Assembly: GCA_051362555.1 (NCBI GenBank)
Contig: CM120643.1
Span: 26,912,848-26,976,847, forward strand
Length of the DNA: 64,000 nt
Reading direction: 5' to 3'
Source: Lingula anatina
Taxonomy: Eukaryota; Animalia; Brachiopoda
Under the pieces are notes generated by a model. It was not told the DNA's origin. It did no database searches and was given only the letters and a program-made list of their open reading frames with translations. Shown piece by piece: positions 13,271 to 27,305 of this stretch. The translations under genes and the position numbers were made by a program. The number at the start of each line of letters is the position of its first letter. Within the stretch, counting starts at the first letter, position 1.

Positions 13271-15373
13271 TTTATATGGGATAAGATTATCAATGTAGGA
13301 TAAGCTTCCCAGGGACCTTGGCTCTTATGAAAGAGCTTGTAAATGATTTACCATACATGATCAAGTTTAAGATATGATTTTAAATTTCAGTAAAAATGGA
13401 GGAAAAAAGGACCAAAAATGGCAGTGATTTTTTTTAAAGAAGATTCGTTTTCTAAAGTCGGCCTAGGCTGAGAGTAAGCTGCGCAACCCCTATCTTTTTT
13501 AGGGCGAGGACGTAGCTAGGTGTTCTGATTGCTCTGACAGCCCAATCATAGAGTTGTCTCTCTTGGTCTTAGTACTGCCACATGTGCCCTGCATAGTACA
13601 TTTACCTAACTATTGTTTTAAAGTAATATATCTCACAAGTATAAAATATATTAATAAACAAAATGATAACCCGCTTATCCTTGACTAATAAATATGCCAA
13701 CAGAGTCATATATAACTACCATAAATACAACCATGTTACATTTAACCAATGCACAAATGTGCTCATTAGTCAGGAAAAAAAGAAAAAAAATACTAGGGGG
13801 GCAGGGTTTGGGTTTGAATAACTTTTCCAAAATTCACCATAAAAATTTCTTTTCTGAACAATGAGCTACTCAACGTTGCGGATTTTTCTGAACAAGTGTG
13901 AGAAGGCTCCCCCTCTACTCTGCGTAATTGAACTCGTATACCTGTTACTGGCTTATCCTACACAGGACAAGTGGCACTGTCCAATCAGGTTGCACCCCAT
14001 AATTTTGTCTCACCAGTGCCGCTTGGAAGTAATGAAGTCTAAGCGTGAAAAACAGAGGAGACATCCTAACTGGAATTAGTGAAGAAACATTTGGAACTTC
14101 TCCTAGACCATAACCGACACTGCATAACATTAATAATAAAACAACACAAACAACATATAAAGTGCATATGGACGCAGTTAGCGCACGAGTTTTATTTCAA
14201 ACCATCTTCAATCATTTAGAAACAATATAAACAAATAATTAAATAAATAAATTATAAACACTAGGAGACTCTCTCCTCACCAAACCTCTGTATTATCTCT
14301 TCCTTTTATATATAAAAAGGAATGACTGGGATATAACGTCCCAACAGCTCTTCCGAGCTCATCTTTCCCTTACATAGGGAATCAACGGGATATCACATCC
14401 CAACAGCTCTTCCGAGCACATCTTTCCCTTACCTAGGGAATCACCGGGATATCACTTCCCAACAGCTCTTCCGAGCTCATCTTTCCCTTACATAGGGAAT
14501 CAACGGGATATCACATCCCAACAGCTCTTCCGAGCACATCTTTCCTTTACCTAGGGAATCACCGGGATATCACATCCCAACAGCTCTTCCGAGCTCATCT
14601 TTCCCTTACATAGGGAATCCTCGGGAAATCACATCCCAACACATCTTCCGAGCTCATCTTTCCCTTACCTAGGGAGTCACCGGGATATCACATTCCAAAC
14701 AGTCCTTCCGAGCTCACCTTTCCCTTTTTAGGGAATCATAAGGATATAACATCCCAACAGCTTTCCCGAGCTCAGCTTTCCCTCACATAGGGATTTAACA
14801 GAATATCACAACCCAAGCACTTCTGATCTCATTTCTCCCATACATAGGAAATCACCAGAGACCACCTCCCAAACACCTCCTCCGAACTCATCCCTCCACT
14901 ACACAAGTGCGAAACTACCTCCCAAACAGCTCAAATAAACATAAATCACACCCCAAACACGCACCCATGCACACTGTACGCCTACACTCTAACACAACGT
15001 ACACTATACTTATTTTGAAAACAAAAACATTGAAAAAATAAAAATAACCACTGCAGCAATACCCAATGTAGTTATAAAACAAAAAGAATCACATGTACCA
15101 ATCAAATTAAAACAACAAAACCATAAACAAAATTTGAAAAAATAAAATTTACGTGTCAACTGGTCTGCGCTAACTGGTCGAATGAACAACTATCGTAACT
15201 TACCCACAATTCTTACCAGTATCACAACTAACATAATATACAGTGTCGCCCCCTAGGAGAAAATAATTCCATTCTTATTCACTTTGCTCAACCGAATAGA
15301 AATATATTTATTTTATAAGAGTCAAGCTCCCTGGGAAGCTTATCTAACATTGGTAATCTTATCCCCAATAAAT
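13271..15373. mobile_element. Unclassified inverted-repeat element containing a 59-bp tandem array
   Basis: ~55-bp TIR gggataagattatcaatgtaggataagcttcccagggaccttggctcttat versus the inverted copy at about 15315-15366. Confidence 0.75.
14328..14860. repeat. 59-bp tandem repeat, ~9 copies, alternating A/B variants
   Basis: Unit gggatatcacatcccaacagctcttccgagc(t/a)catctttcccttac(a/c)tagggaatca(a/c)c, degenerating towards the 3' end. Confidence 0.92.
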
Positions 15374-15524
15374 CCTTTTATTGTGACCAATAAATTATAA
15401 GATCATAAGTTTTTTGGAACGGATGGCCATGAGTGTTGGTAGCGAGGATTAGGGAAGCGTGAGGAAAGTTGTCCCGACATTCATTTAACGTGCTGCAGTT
15501 GAAACACGGAGGCAAACCGTGAAA

Positions 15525-18500
15525 ATGGCTGCCACCAGCTGGGGTCTGTTGTTGGTTATCCTGCTCCAGCAATGTGTCGAGAATAATTCCCTTACTGGGT
15601 AAGTTGAATTTTATTTTTAATTCATGTGTTATATAATCATTCGTGTGACTGTATACAGTGTAAGTGTTACACTGGTGGCTTGGTCTCTGATCTAAGGGGA
15701 GATCAATGTTAGAATACAACATTTTATATAGCAACCAAGTGAAATATGTGAAAGATGCTTATTAACCCTATTCATGGTTGTTGGGGTCCTTTACGCGTTT
15801 TCTGCGTCATTCGCCATATTTAATCACCTTCCAGGATATTTGCATCAGTTTTCTTTTTAAATAAATATTTTTGAGGTCGTGAAGGACCCCACCAGATACA
15901 TGTGCTCCACTATGTAGCCATTCAGAGCCTGGTGTTTTTTTAACGCAGGTTATTTATTACGGTAGATATGCTAAGACTAAGGGACCGATCCCACAGATAT
16001 TTGGATCAACCCATCTCCCTGGGAGTCTCACTAAATTATTAACTTAGCCGGCTTAAATGTTTGTCGCGCCTAGTAAAGCTGTTTGGGGGCGATTATCTTT
16101 ATCCCGTAGCTGATTCGGTAGGCGTGGCAGACACTTGAGCCGGTTAAGTTGATAGTATTTTGGTGAGACTCCCCAGGGAGTTAGACCGATCCAGATGGAT
16201 CGATCTAGGCATGGAAACCCAGTCTGAGTGGTCAAACTAATAACATGTACATTAAAAATATAGATATAAATTTTGGCAGAGCTAGGGTCTTTATTGCCTC
16301 AGTCAAGAGGGTTATGTATTTATCTCCGTTTTTTGCCTGTTTGTTCGTCGCCAACTTACCTCAAAGAGTTATCGATGGATTTTAATGACATTTTCAGGGC
16401 AGGTCAGGAAGTGGATACCCCTATAAGTCGGAATCGATTAGGGTTTGATGAAGATCATTATTACTATCCACACTATTTATGTCAGTAAAAACGCAGTCTT
16501 GCACAGATATATTACCTTTCTGAGTCCAGTGACGAATTACTGTCACGCATGTGCCATTAGCTTCGCCCCTCTTGCTTCTAATAAATATTCATTTCATTGA
16601 GAAGTCTCCATGATACCTGATTCAGCTCGACTAATGCAACCTTCAGAATTGAAAATTATCCCGCAATAAAGGAAACCGGAGAAAAATGATTGTACCGAAA
16701 GTGCGCGCCATATGACGTCGATTGGTATAAGATGTAAAGCTGCCTGGTCATATGTAGCTGGAAGTACATGGGAGTGCAGCCACAGGTGCCGAGTTGAAGC
16801 GGATTTTCTGACGGCATGATAAGATAATGTTTTTTTTTTTTTGTCTTTTAGCATTTTAAGCAAATACTACTTGAACAAATACAGGGTATAGGATATGAAA
16901 ACGTGTCACGGAGCTTGAAGGTGCAGAATTATGCTTCTTTTCTGCCAGTTTGTTTTCTAATAAGTTACTGCATCGACCGACAGCGCGACAAATAACGTCA
17001 CGGGAAAATCATGCAAGGCTATAAATCGTTGTCATGTGCAATTTTGCATTTTAGCCGTCTGATATGTTAATATCTACCTATTGTTTGGTGTTTTATGGTG
17101 AGCAATGCAGTTATAAGTTTATTTTATAGTCGTTATAGACCCTTGCTTAAACCAGGAAGTACCGATAGAGTGCAACTAAAAACTAAATTGCAACGCAGTA
17201 CGATCGGTGTTCAAAGATTCATCTTTTTTCAATATTGTGACAAGTTTAAAATGGTTTAATATCAAGCTGATATGAAAATCCACACATATAATCATACTAA
17301 TCTAGGACAGACTTTGGTTTCGTCTGTCCTTGTCCCATTTTTGCACTTCTTGGAATCCTTATAGAGAAGAGAAAAATATAAAACACTTCTGACGGGTAGA
17401 TAAGATCCAATCTAACCAGTTCTCAAGGCCATTGACTGACAGCCTGAGGCAATAGATTGACAGACCAGTAACTTTAACAGAAATGTTTCCCTGTGCATAA
17501 TTTAGTGATTTGATGTTTTTAAAGGTCTGAATTGTGAAAGAATTAATTAGTTTTGAAGCATATTTAGACATAGAAAAAACATGACTTTGATACTTCTTTA
17601 AACTCAGTAAATGTAAATTTAATTAATGCATACTTTTGTCTTGTTTTAGACATGTCTGTACTCAACGGAAAAGTACATCGGTGATGGTTTATTTACAAGC
17701 AAGCAGACGGCAATCTCACCGATATACAGTTCATTGTGGTCTTTTTGGGTGGTTGCGTTGCAGACGAACCAGGTACGTGGTGATTTCATTATTAACTCTG
17801 GGCTGTGACATTATATTGACACAAAAAGTAGATCAGTCATGAAATACCAGTACATATCAGCATTTAGTCAGCAGCACAAACGTTATTCCAAAAATTCCTG
17901 GTTTGGAAGGTGAAACCAAAGCACCAGATACAGGCACACATATACAGGTTGGCTGGAATATTACTCTTTAATTTCTCTTTTTATTTCTTTTTACTATATC
18001 GAGATTTAATCTCATCGTGTACAACTATAAAAAAGCAAGCTGTAAAAAGTACGGAATAGTCTCAATTTGGTCTTCTTGGAGGCAAAACTATTTTTGGATA
18101 CATTATAATAAATATACGGTAATCTGTGAAATATCTATAAAGTTGTAATTTAGAGTTTAGAGTCTCTCTCTCTACAGACGAAAATATTAAATAAGAAAGA
18201 TTTTCATTACACATTTTTATTGCTGTATTCAGATCGTTTGGTAAAAGTAGAAACCTACCCTGTGAGTGGCTCCCTATATAGCATACAAAATGGCAGTGTG
18301 AGCCGTGCAACATTTTTGTAACAGACTATTAACGCCCCCTTTGGTCAGAGAGTACATGTAGTAGAAACCCACCCAACCGCCACTATGTTAACAGAGTGTC
18401 GGAGTGAATGCATTTTCTGATTTTTGAATCACCCTCGGAATGGAGGTGGTGATTTATCGTCGTGCCTGTAAAGAATGTTAATATAATAAAATGAGTGAAC

Positions 18501-19357
18501 CAATCGTAATTTTTTCAACCTATTTGGATATGATATAATCTTTTAAGACAAAGAATGATTGCTGAAGTAAATCCAATAACTGTAATCAAGATCTAACGCA
18601 CCTGGATTCCAAAACCACATCCGGGCCTCATTCATCTAATTTATTTTTTAACAATTTTGTCATTTTCCAGATATTTTATAACATACTACAGCAGGCCAGT
18701 GTACAAGACACAATATAACTTGACCCAAGCTTGTTGTCCGGGTTGGAATCACACTGGAACAACCTGTAACATACGTACGTGATGTGACTCGCATGTACAT
18801 TAATAATACATAAGTAAAATGTTGAAAATGTATTTATTTACTTATTTATATATTTGATTATTGGTTATTTATCATTTGTTGGCTTATTTTTTCATTCGAC
18901 ATGTATTTGAGTTTGAAACATAAATTCTAATGAACGCATTTTCTTAAATTGCATGAATCGTAAAGGTAATGGCGTGTCTTATATTGTGGGGTTTTTCGCA
19001 TATATTTCGAGTAGAAATTTTTAGTGGGTTCATTATTAAATTAGGGGATCTGTTTATAAAAAACGCTGTCAATAGGAATACACTGTTCAAAGCATGCAGT
19101 TCATTAATTTCAATACATATTACTGTTGCCATAATAATTGTTCATATTGATTGACAATATGCATTTGTATGTTATACAAGCTGTCTGTAGTGATGAGTGT
19201 GTCCACGGCTCTTGTACCGCCCCCAATGTGTGCACCTGTACAAGCGGTTACAGTGGAACACTGTGTGATGCCGGTAAGTAGTAGTAGTAGTAGTAGTAGT
19301 AGCAGCAACAGTAGTAGTAGATGTAGTAGTAGTAGTGGTAGCAGTAGTAGAAGCAAC

Positions 19358-19392
<35 letters not shown>

Positions 19393-19413
19393 AAGCAACA
19401 GTAGTAGAAGCAA

Positions 19414-19445
<32 letters not shown>

Positions 19446-22400
19446 CCTAAGAAGCTGTCTAATAGTGACTGGAAAAGAACTGACAGTAGTAGAAGTATTA
19501 ATAATTGTACTTGTTGTAGTAGTAAAAATTGTACTAGTGGTACTAGAACTAATAGCAGGAACAGCAGTAGTATTAGTAGGGGTAGCAATGGTAATAGTAG
19601 AAGTGGTATTAGCAGTAGGCCATAATAGCAGAAGTAGCAACATTAGTTTGAATAGAGTATAAGAGATAAAAAGTTCCATTTGCTGTTAAATCCATTTTCT
19701 TTGTAACTTCTCATAATGAATTCCTAGGGGTTAACTTATTGTACCACCAGCGTAAGCGCTGGCGGTACACATGGTTTTAGTCGCGTCCGGATCGTTCCGC
19801 CGGCTCCGCCGCCGTGTTACCGTTACCGCTTCTCCTCCTAGACGGAAAGGGCCATCGTACCCATCTCTTGGGTTTAGGTCACCTATAATCTCAACTCGTT
19901 CCACGTAAAATTTGGGCTTTGTAGTAGGCTTGTTAAGGGGCCAAACGCTGCATTTTGTAGTACAAATGTCTAACTTGGCATAAATGTTCCTTGGGCCAAA
20001 AGAATTTTTTTTATCCAAAGAGACACGCTCTATCGATGCATAAATTAGCATAAATTATGCAAATTAGGTGCCAAAATATATAATATTTCATATTCCAATT
20101 AATTTTTGGCCTAGAAAATTGTATAGATTATCAAATCTAACTAAATTAGGGACAAGGAACCCATTTTTGATCATTTGAAAGCAATTGGTGGCCATTTTGT
20201 GCCTCAAATCCAAGATGGCCGCCACCTGCCATTTTGAAAGTAGACATAATTTTGCTATTTTATGCTGAATTTTGAAGCGTTTGGTCTATATATACTTGAT
20301 ATATATATATCGCTTCCTACTATTTTGGGGGTGCAAAAGTCCATTTTGATATTGTTTTGGTGATAGTAGGTGATTTGAAGGGACAAAGAGGGTGTTTTAA
20401 CTGCCTACCAAGATATGTGTGAACGCTGCAAAACCATGGATATTGATAACCCGTATTCAAATATATCTCAATGCAATTTTTTGTTATAGTATCCATATTG
20501 GACTAAAGTATGAGCAAAAAACTCATTTTTACCATTAAGGAGGCCATTGGTGGCCGTTTTATCCCTCAAATCCAAGATGGCCGCCAAAAACCATTTTGAA
20601 ATTGGGCATAATTCGCTATTTTGAAACTATATGTATTACATCTTTGTAAATGAGTAATACGTCATTTTATATTATTTTCTGGTGCAGAATACACCTTCAT
20701 CGATAGAGCGTGTCTCTTTGGATAAAAAAATTTTCTTTTGGCCCAAGGAACATTTATGCCAAGTTAGACATTTGTACTATAAAATGCAGCGTTTGACCCC
20801 TTAACAAGCCTACTACTAGGTGTGGCACTCATTGCAATGCACCCTTGTCCAAAAATGGCAAAATTGAATGCTAATTATCTACCCTACGGAAGAAATTATG
20901 GGGAAAATTTCTACAGACGGCTGGGGTCAATCGGTGCATTTTCGCGGGAGTAGCGGCCATAAGATACCGAAACTGAAAACTGTCTCCATCGGAAACCGTT
21001 AATGCTAGACACCCATTCTTTTTTGCATCTTGTAGAGCATTTAAAGCCCAACACTGGAAGTGCAGTCCCCGCACGAAAATGCAGTAGTATCGAAGTAGCA
21101 AAGAAGCATTAACGCAGTAGTGGTGTGGAGCATATTTGCAGTAGAAATGCAGTATAGCCTACTGCAATTCTACTTCAAAAATTACATAGGGTTGTACAGA
21201 GGAGGAGCATTAATGCAGTAGATTAGCAGCATTATAGAAGCGTGTTTCAAATATGCTAATAAGCTCCCCAATCGAAGCAGATTTGAAGCATGTTTGCAGT
21301 ATGATTGCAGTAGTCTTCTGCACTGGAGTATTTACTTCGTTTTCGTGCGTGTGGTCTCCGTTTTTTGTATTCCATACGGTTTTCGAGTTATGCAGTATTA
21401 AAAGGTACATAGTGGTGGTGAAAGCAAAATATGCAGTACGGTAATGTATAATAAATTTTGAACCCCGGGAAAATAAAACATAAGGCTTGGCAAGGCAGAC
21501 AACTTCTGGTCAAAAATGACATTATTTCATGAAATTTGAACATCTGGAACTTCTGAGCACCTCCCATTTCAAGAATTTCAACCAAAATGACCTTTTCTTT
21601 ATTTTAATTAATTTTTTATGTAGGAAATTTATGGCACATTATTGTAACTCCAAAATTGTAACATTTAGTCCAAAACTAGCAGAGATAGGTCCATAATTAC
21701 TATTGAACTTGAATAGGAAGTCATATAATGGCAATCTAAGTGAGACCTTGAAATTGACCTTTGACCTACATTTTCACCATGAACAGAACTCTGCTAATTT
21801 CTTTCCCTTTTAGCTCCAAACCTGGCAGAGATAGATCCATTGTTACTATTGCAGTTGACCTTTGACCTACTTTTCACCATGAACTGAACCTTGCAAATTG
21901 TTTTGTTCATTTTTATCTCCAAAACTGGCAAAGATATGCCCATAGTTACTATTGACCTTGAATAAGAAGTCATTAGAGGCAATTTACTGTGAGCTTAAAA
22001 TTGACCTTTGACTTACTTTTCACCATGAACTGAACTTTGCAAATTTTCGTTCCCTTTTATCTCCAAAACTGGCAGAGATAGGTCCATAGTTACTATTGAA
22101 CTTGAATAGGAAGTCACATACTGGCAATCTAAGTGAGACCTTGGAATTGACCTTTGACCTACTTTTTCACCATGAACTGAACTCTGCTAATTTCTTTCCC
22201 TTTTAGCTCCAAACCTGGCAGAGATAGGTCCATTGTTACTATTGAAGTTGAATAGGAAGTCTTATACTGGTAATCTTACTGTGACCTTGAAATTGACTTT
22301 TGACCTATTATACACCATAAACTGAACCTTGTAACTTTTTTAATGCTTATACTTTCAAAACTGGCAAAGATACGCCCATAGTTACTATTGAATTTGAATA

Positions 22401-24115
22401 GAAAGTCATTAGAGGCAATTTACTGTGACCTTAAAATTGACCTTTGACCTACTTTTTATGATGAACTGCTGTTTTTTGCATGTTTTCTGGTCTTTAAATC
22501 TGCAAAATTGGCAAAGAAATGCCTATGGTTACTATTGAACTTGAAAAGAAATTCATATACTATGATATTGAAATTGACCTTTGACCTACTTTTTCACCAT
22601 GAACTGAGCTTTGCATATTTTCTTGCCCCTCATATCTTCAAAACTAGCAGAGATGTGCCCGGTGTTGCCCCTAGGTTTTCTCTTTTGTCAGCACATATGC
22701 ATCACTGACAACACATTTCAAGGAAAACCAGTAGGCCCTTTGTCTAGAGAATCACAGGAGTGATCAATGGTAGGAAAACGCAGGCCAATTTGAAAATCTG
22801 CTTGATTGTACCATTTTTTTTTGCATATTTTGAGAACTATTATTGATTGCATTTTATAGAGCTTGTCAAGCACAAGACTGGTGGTGGTGTCCCTTTTTTT
22901 CGGGGGGGGGGGGGGGGGGGGTCCATATGAATGCGCTTACTCCAGCTGGTTGTACAATATCCGGAGGCAGTATCGCCTCTCTGATCCTCTGGTTCTTTAC
23001 GGTAGTGGTTCCAATAACACCGACTAAGAAGGAAAGGTGAAGATAATATTTAAAAATTTGGTCACATTACACAGATTAACTCTTTTTTTTTACTTTTTTG
23101 TAGATGTTGACGAGTGCAGCAAGGGAACTCATGTCTGTGATCATAACTGTCACAATACACGTGGTAGCTACACGTGTTCATGTAGAAATGGGTATGAACT
23201 GGCCTCCGATGGACGTGGATGTATTGGTAAATAATAATGGATTTTCTTTCCAGGCAACGAACATGCTTTTTTAACGCCATTTAAGTACCAGACTGGGAAC
23301 TTAACTTGCTGCTATCTGACCTGCCTGGCAATCTGCTTCATAGTCAATCCCGTTTGATGGTGTCCTATTATTTGCCATTCCAACGCCATATACAAGTTAA
23401 CTTGTTGTCACTTTTTTTTTTGCAAAAGACTTAAAATACGCATCCTTCATATGGCTCGCGCAAACTGTTATTGATAAGAGGTTGAACGGAATTACCCTGA
23501 GCGCCCACTTATACATGTATAATTGACATAATATGAAAATCAACTTAATAATAAACCGTTGGAAATTGCATTGTATGAATTAAAACATGTTACGTTCTGG
23601 CTCATAATTTTACCACAGGTCAACACATGGAGGTAATTGACTCAGATGCTCCAGGAGATGGGGTTGCAGCAGCGCCAGTAGATGTTATTATCGGCGTGAC
23701 ATTTGCCATCATTGTAGCCCTCGTCCTCACCACCATTTTGGTTTTCTTTGTATGTCGACGCTATAGGAACAACGGCCGGAGACCAGGGACAAAACGCTCC
23801 TCGACACCAGATGTTACCCAGGCGCAGGATTACGACAATGTTGCCTATGAAAACGCCAAAGTCCTGCCAGCATCAAAACACAGAACGGAGAAGAATAGTG
23901 ATGGGAGACAATATACGGGGCCTTGGACAGTGCAAACCGGTGCTACTAGTGCCTCGAACCCAGACCAGCCCTATGAAAGCATTGTGGTAAAGGACGACCA
24001 GGAGCAGATAGCGTACACGAAGTTAAGCTTCGGAGGAGAGGAGCCGACACCTATCGGTGAACATGCACATTTAGCAGCCTACCAACGCAGAGCCCAGCAA
24101 AACGACTATGAATAG
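15525..24115 (+). CDS. EMI-NIM-cbEGF(x1) type I transmembrane receptor, paralogue 2 (complete, 337 aa)
   Basis: Exons 15525-15598 (signal peptide [25 protein letters not shown]), 17650-17772, 18671-18774 (CCPGW), 19181-19273 (NIM-type EGF), 23104-23226 (cbEGF), 23619-24115 (TM + tail). Sum 1014 nt, open frame, all junctions GT-AG with matching phases. Confidence 0.9.
16015..16180. repeat. Fold-back inverted repeat (MITE remnant) in intron 1 of paralogue 2
   Basis: tccctgggagtctcac...gtcgcgccta pairs with taggcgtggc...gtgagactccccaggga across a ~45-bp spacer. Confidence 0.65.
19737..22993 (+). mobile_element. Helentron-associated interspersed element (HINE/DINE-1-like) with ~124-bp internal tandem array
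   Basis: SubTIR ttgtaccaccagc ... gctggttgtacaa, 5' palindrome ccagcgtaagcgctgg, 3' hairpin ggaggcagtatcgcctctc, tandem GACCTTTGACC-containing units at 21670-22650; second copy at 29935-35592. Confidence 0.75.
19922..20815. mobile_element. MITE with ~120-bp TIRs (TAG termini, Academ-like) nested in the HINE
   Basis: tagtaggcttgttaagggg...ctctatcgatg (19922-20038) is nearly perfectly inverted at 20698-20815. Confidence 0.8.
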
Positions 24116-24267
24116 TCGGCTTAGAAATCATACTGAGGTCGGGTCAGTAGAATAAAGCAACAGAGGACATTTGGGACCTAATTATTAATTATTTTGACAT
24201 ACAATCTGCTAAATTAAGTCGATTTGACCTTTTGACCTTCTCTCTTTCTCTCTTCTCTGTCTCTCTA

Positions 24268-24330
<63 letters not shown>

Positions 24331-27191
24331 TATATAAACACAAACACACACACAACTTGCGTATGGAATATATTGTATCTTGTATCGACCTACATGTACA
24401 CATGATGTATATATATTTGCGCGTCCACGATACTGGTTAACAACATTGGGACATGGGCAACATGGCGCCGATCTTGTGAGCACGCTTTTCGCTTAGAATA
24501 AGCATCATAGTTTGCTTTATATTCATAAATGTTGGAAAATGTAACATTAAACACATACAAAATGTTTAGTAAAGAGTACATTTAACTTCACATTGATGAA
24601 GAAGCACGCTGCAATCCGGAATCGGAGGTTAAACATGAAATCGTCTCTTGAACTGGTATGTAAAAATATCATTCCTTTTCACATGCCTACTATAACGTGT
24701 ATGGTATTCAATATGCGTGAGACTTTTATTTAGCATAAGATTGATATCACTCAAAATTTCAGCAGGTTTCCCTTTATCATTGAGACATACCCTGACTACT
24801 TCGTTTTCCAGTTCATATATTTCGAATTTCGTCATCATAATTGAAATTCACCTTTCTGTATCCCGACAGTAATTATTTTGTACTACATGAAGATATACTG
24901 CTCAACTTGTAGCTGTGTGCTTAAATGGCAATTTCTTCAATACAGACTTGGCTATAAAAGTGCTTCTTTTTTGTGATACTTGTGCACAAGGTCTATCCTC
25001 TACCAGGGCCACAGATTGATTTTTCACTAGATATGAAGAGATATGTCTCTGGTTAAATTCTGGTGCAGCAAAAGCATCCACAGAATAATAACCTGGTAGA
25101 GGGTCCACAAGGTCAACTACTGTGGATGCTTTTACTAGCAGTTTGAAACATCATAAAACGATACCGTTTACGACTTTTTAATTGATTTATGAAAAGAAAT
25201 TGATTGATGCACTTATCACCTAGCATATGGGATACATTCAACGGTTTAATTAAGGTAAATAATAAAAGACAATAAAAAAAAATAATATAAAATAATGGAA
25301 AGCCATGAAGTAAAGGAAGAATCGTCAAAGGATGAAAAAGGATACGAACAGTGTACATATATATTCTATCACCTGAACAAGTACGTTTTCCCTAACAGAG
25401 AGCCTTGTGTTGCTCTCTGGACCTTGACTTCCGCTATGCTAAAGCCTGGGTGTGTCAGTTTCCAAAGTTGTTAACTTACTTTACTTCCGCGTCTGGGCCT
25501 GAATGCTACTTTTAAGACTCTTTTCACTTCCAAGTGTTTAATGAGGCGCTGAATTCTGTACACGTATACAATGACATGGGTGTGCCCGAAATTGCTAACT
25601 GAGGCATTACTGATGCGTCTGGTCTTGAATGCTACTTATAAGGCTCTTTTCACTTCGAGCTGTTAAATTAATCGATACATTCTGTACCCGTTTACTTTGA
25701 CATGGGCGTTTCCGAAGTTGTTAACTGAGGCATTACGTCCTCGTCCTGGTCCTAGATGTTACCTGTGAGGCTTTTTATATAATCCAAGTAGTTTGATGTA
25801 GCGATAAATCCTGTATGTTGACAGTCCTAACGCTACGGGGAGGGGGGGGAGGGGCGGGGGGGGGGGGGGGGTTACTCCTCCTTCCAAGTTATTCACAACT
25901 TCACTCTCAGTTGCTAAATTTAATTTTACCAAAAATTGACTCTGCTGAGCGCGGGGGCCCTTTTAAGAAATACCCTCACGTTATAATCTGGTTATATAAA
26001 ATATCAAATCTCTCACAGTGGACCGGTGCAGTCTCTCTCACTGAGGTAAGCCCATCGATAAGACAGGTAACTTAATGGTTCTGAGACTTACAATGTGATT
26101 TCCTCCTCTTTCCTTAATCAAATTAATCAGTTTTGTTAGTTGTTGGAATTTCTCATACGTCCCTCGCAGCCCTCTGTACCCCTTGTATAAGGACTTTAAA
26201 TTTGATCTGACTTTTAGGTTTCACTTACAGTATAATATTAAATTTTCAAGAGCCGATAACCTTATTAACACCGTCTGTAACATAAATCTGTATGTAATTG
26301 TTTTGACGCGGAATTTTCCTTAAAACGGTGACTGCACTTTCTAATGATATGTCAACTACATCTACTGCTACGTACTTTTCTATCAATATCATGGAGACTA
26401 CTTTACGTAGTCGCTTATCCGAATTAAGCAGTCTTAACTAAGCCAAATATATAATTAACCTCTCATTTATTTTACACACACAAACCCGGATCTAACAGTG
26501 ATGCAAATTTATTTATTTATTTATTTATTTGTTTGTTTTTTTAGGGGGGGGGGGTACAGTGCACCTTCGAAACTTTGGGTGGAGGGGGTGTGGCCCACTG
26601 TTCCCACCACCCTGTACCGTTATTGTTTATGTTGCTTTGCTGTGTCTTTTCGAGATAGGTTTTAAAGTTATGCGGATACACTAAAGTAAAAAGCATTGTC
26701 GTGTAACAGTACTATAAAATAATAATAATAATAAGAAGAAGAAGAAGAAGAAGCTTTAAATTAGTGTTGTAAGTTGCGACTACCGGAAAGCAAACCGTGC
26801 CAGAGATTGCCAAGAGTGCACATATCCCTTATTGAAATACTGTACATGCTAATGGCATTGTTTCTACATTTGCATAAATGTTCTCTTTTATATGCAACCA
26901 ATAAATGAAATATAAAATAAACGTATTACAAGACTGAATAAAAATTTTAAAAAAATCGACAGCAGAAAAAATATGAAATTTCTATTTCCTCTTGAATATG
27001 ATTATTTACGAAGGAATTTACTCTGAAGTATACACGAAACATTTAAATTCTGTGTGCCTAAAGGTAGATTTGCACATGTAAGAGATCTATAATTTATCAA
27101 CATCCTTTACAAAATGTAGTCCACGACCTCACTCACCCCGACATAAATTGACTGGGTCTTTAGAATTCACTTGCCTAGTACATGTGTAGTA

Positions 27192-27227
<36 letters not shown>

Positions 27228-27245
27228 ACTCGTGCACATCTCGCT
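23555..27245 (+). repeat. Segmental duplication shared with 47960-51850 (terminal exon, 3' UTR and downstream flank)
   Basis: Collinear similar blocks, e.g. 24360-25925 vs 48697-50345, 26410-26497 vs 50419-50507, 26555-27240 vs 51100-51846; includes (CT)n(CA)n and a ~120-bp triplet repeat. Confidence 0.9.
23619..24115 (+). CDS. Paralogue 2 terminal exon: TM + tyrosine-motif tail
   Basis: Acceptor taccacag; TM IIGVTFAIIVALVLTTILVFFVC; YDNV, YEN, YESI-x10-YTKL; ends QQNDYE*. Confidence 0.9.
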
Positions 27246-27305
27246 TTCTCTTTCTCTCTCTCTCTCTCTATTGTCAACTTGAGGGACAATTTTACTATGA
27301 CATGT

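Noticed and set aside
14328-14860. CRISPR-like appearance of the 59-bp array (also the 29-bp array at 27460-27720)
   Set aside because: Head-to-tail repeats with no unique spacers, no cas genes, and a eukaryotic context.
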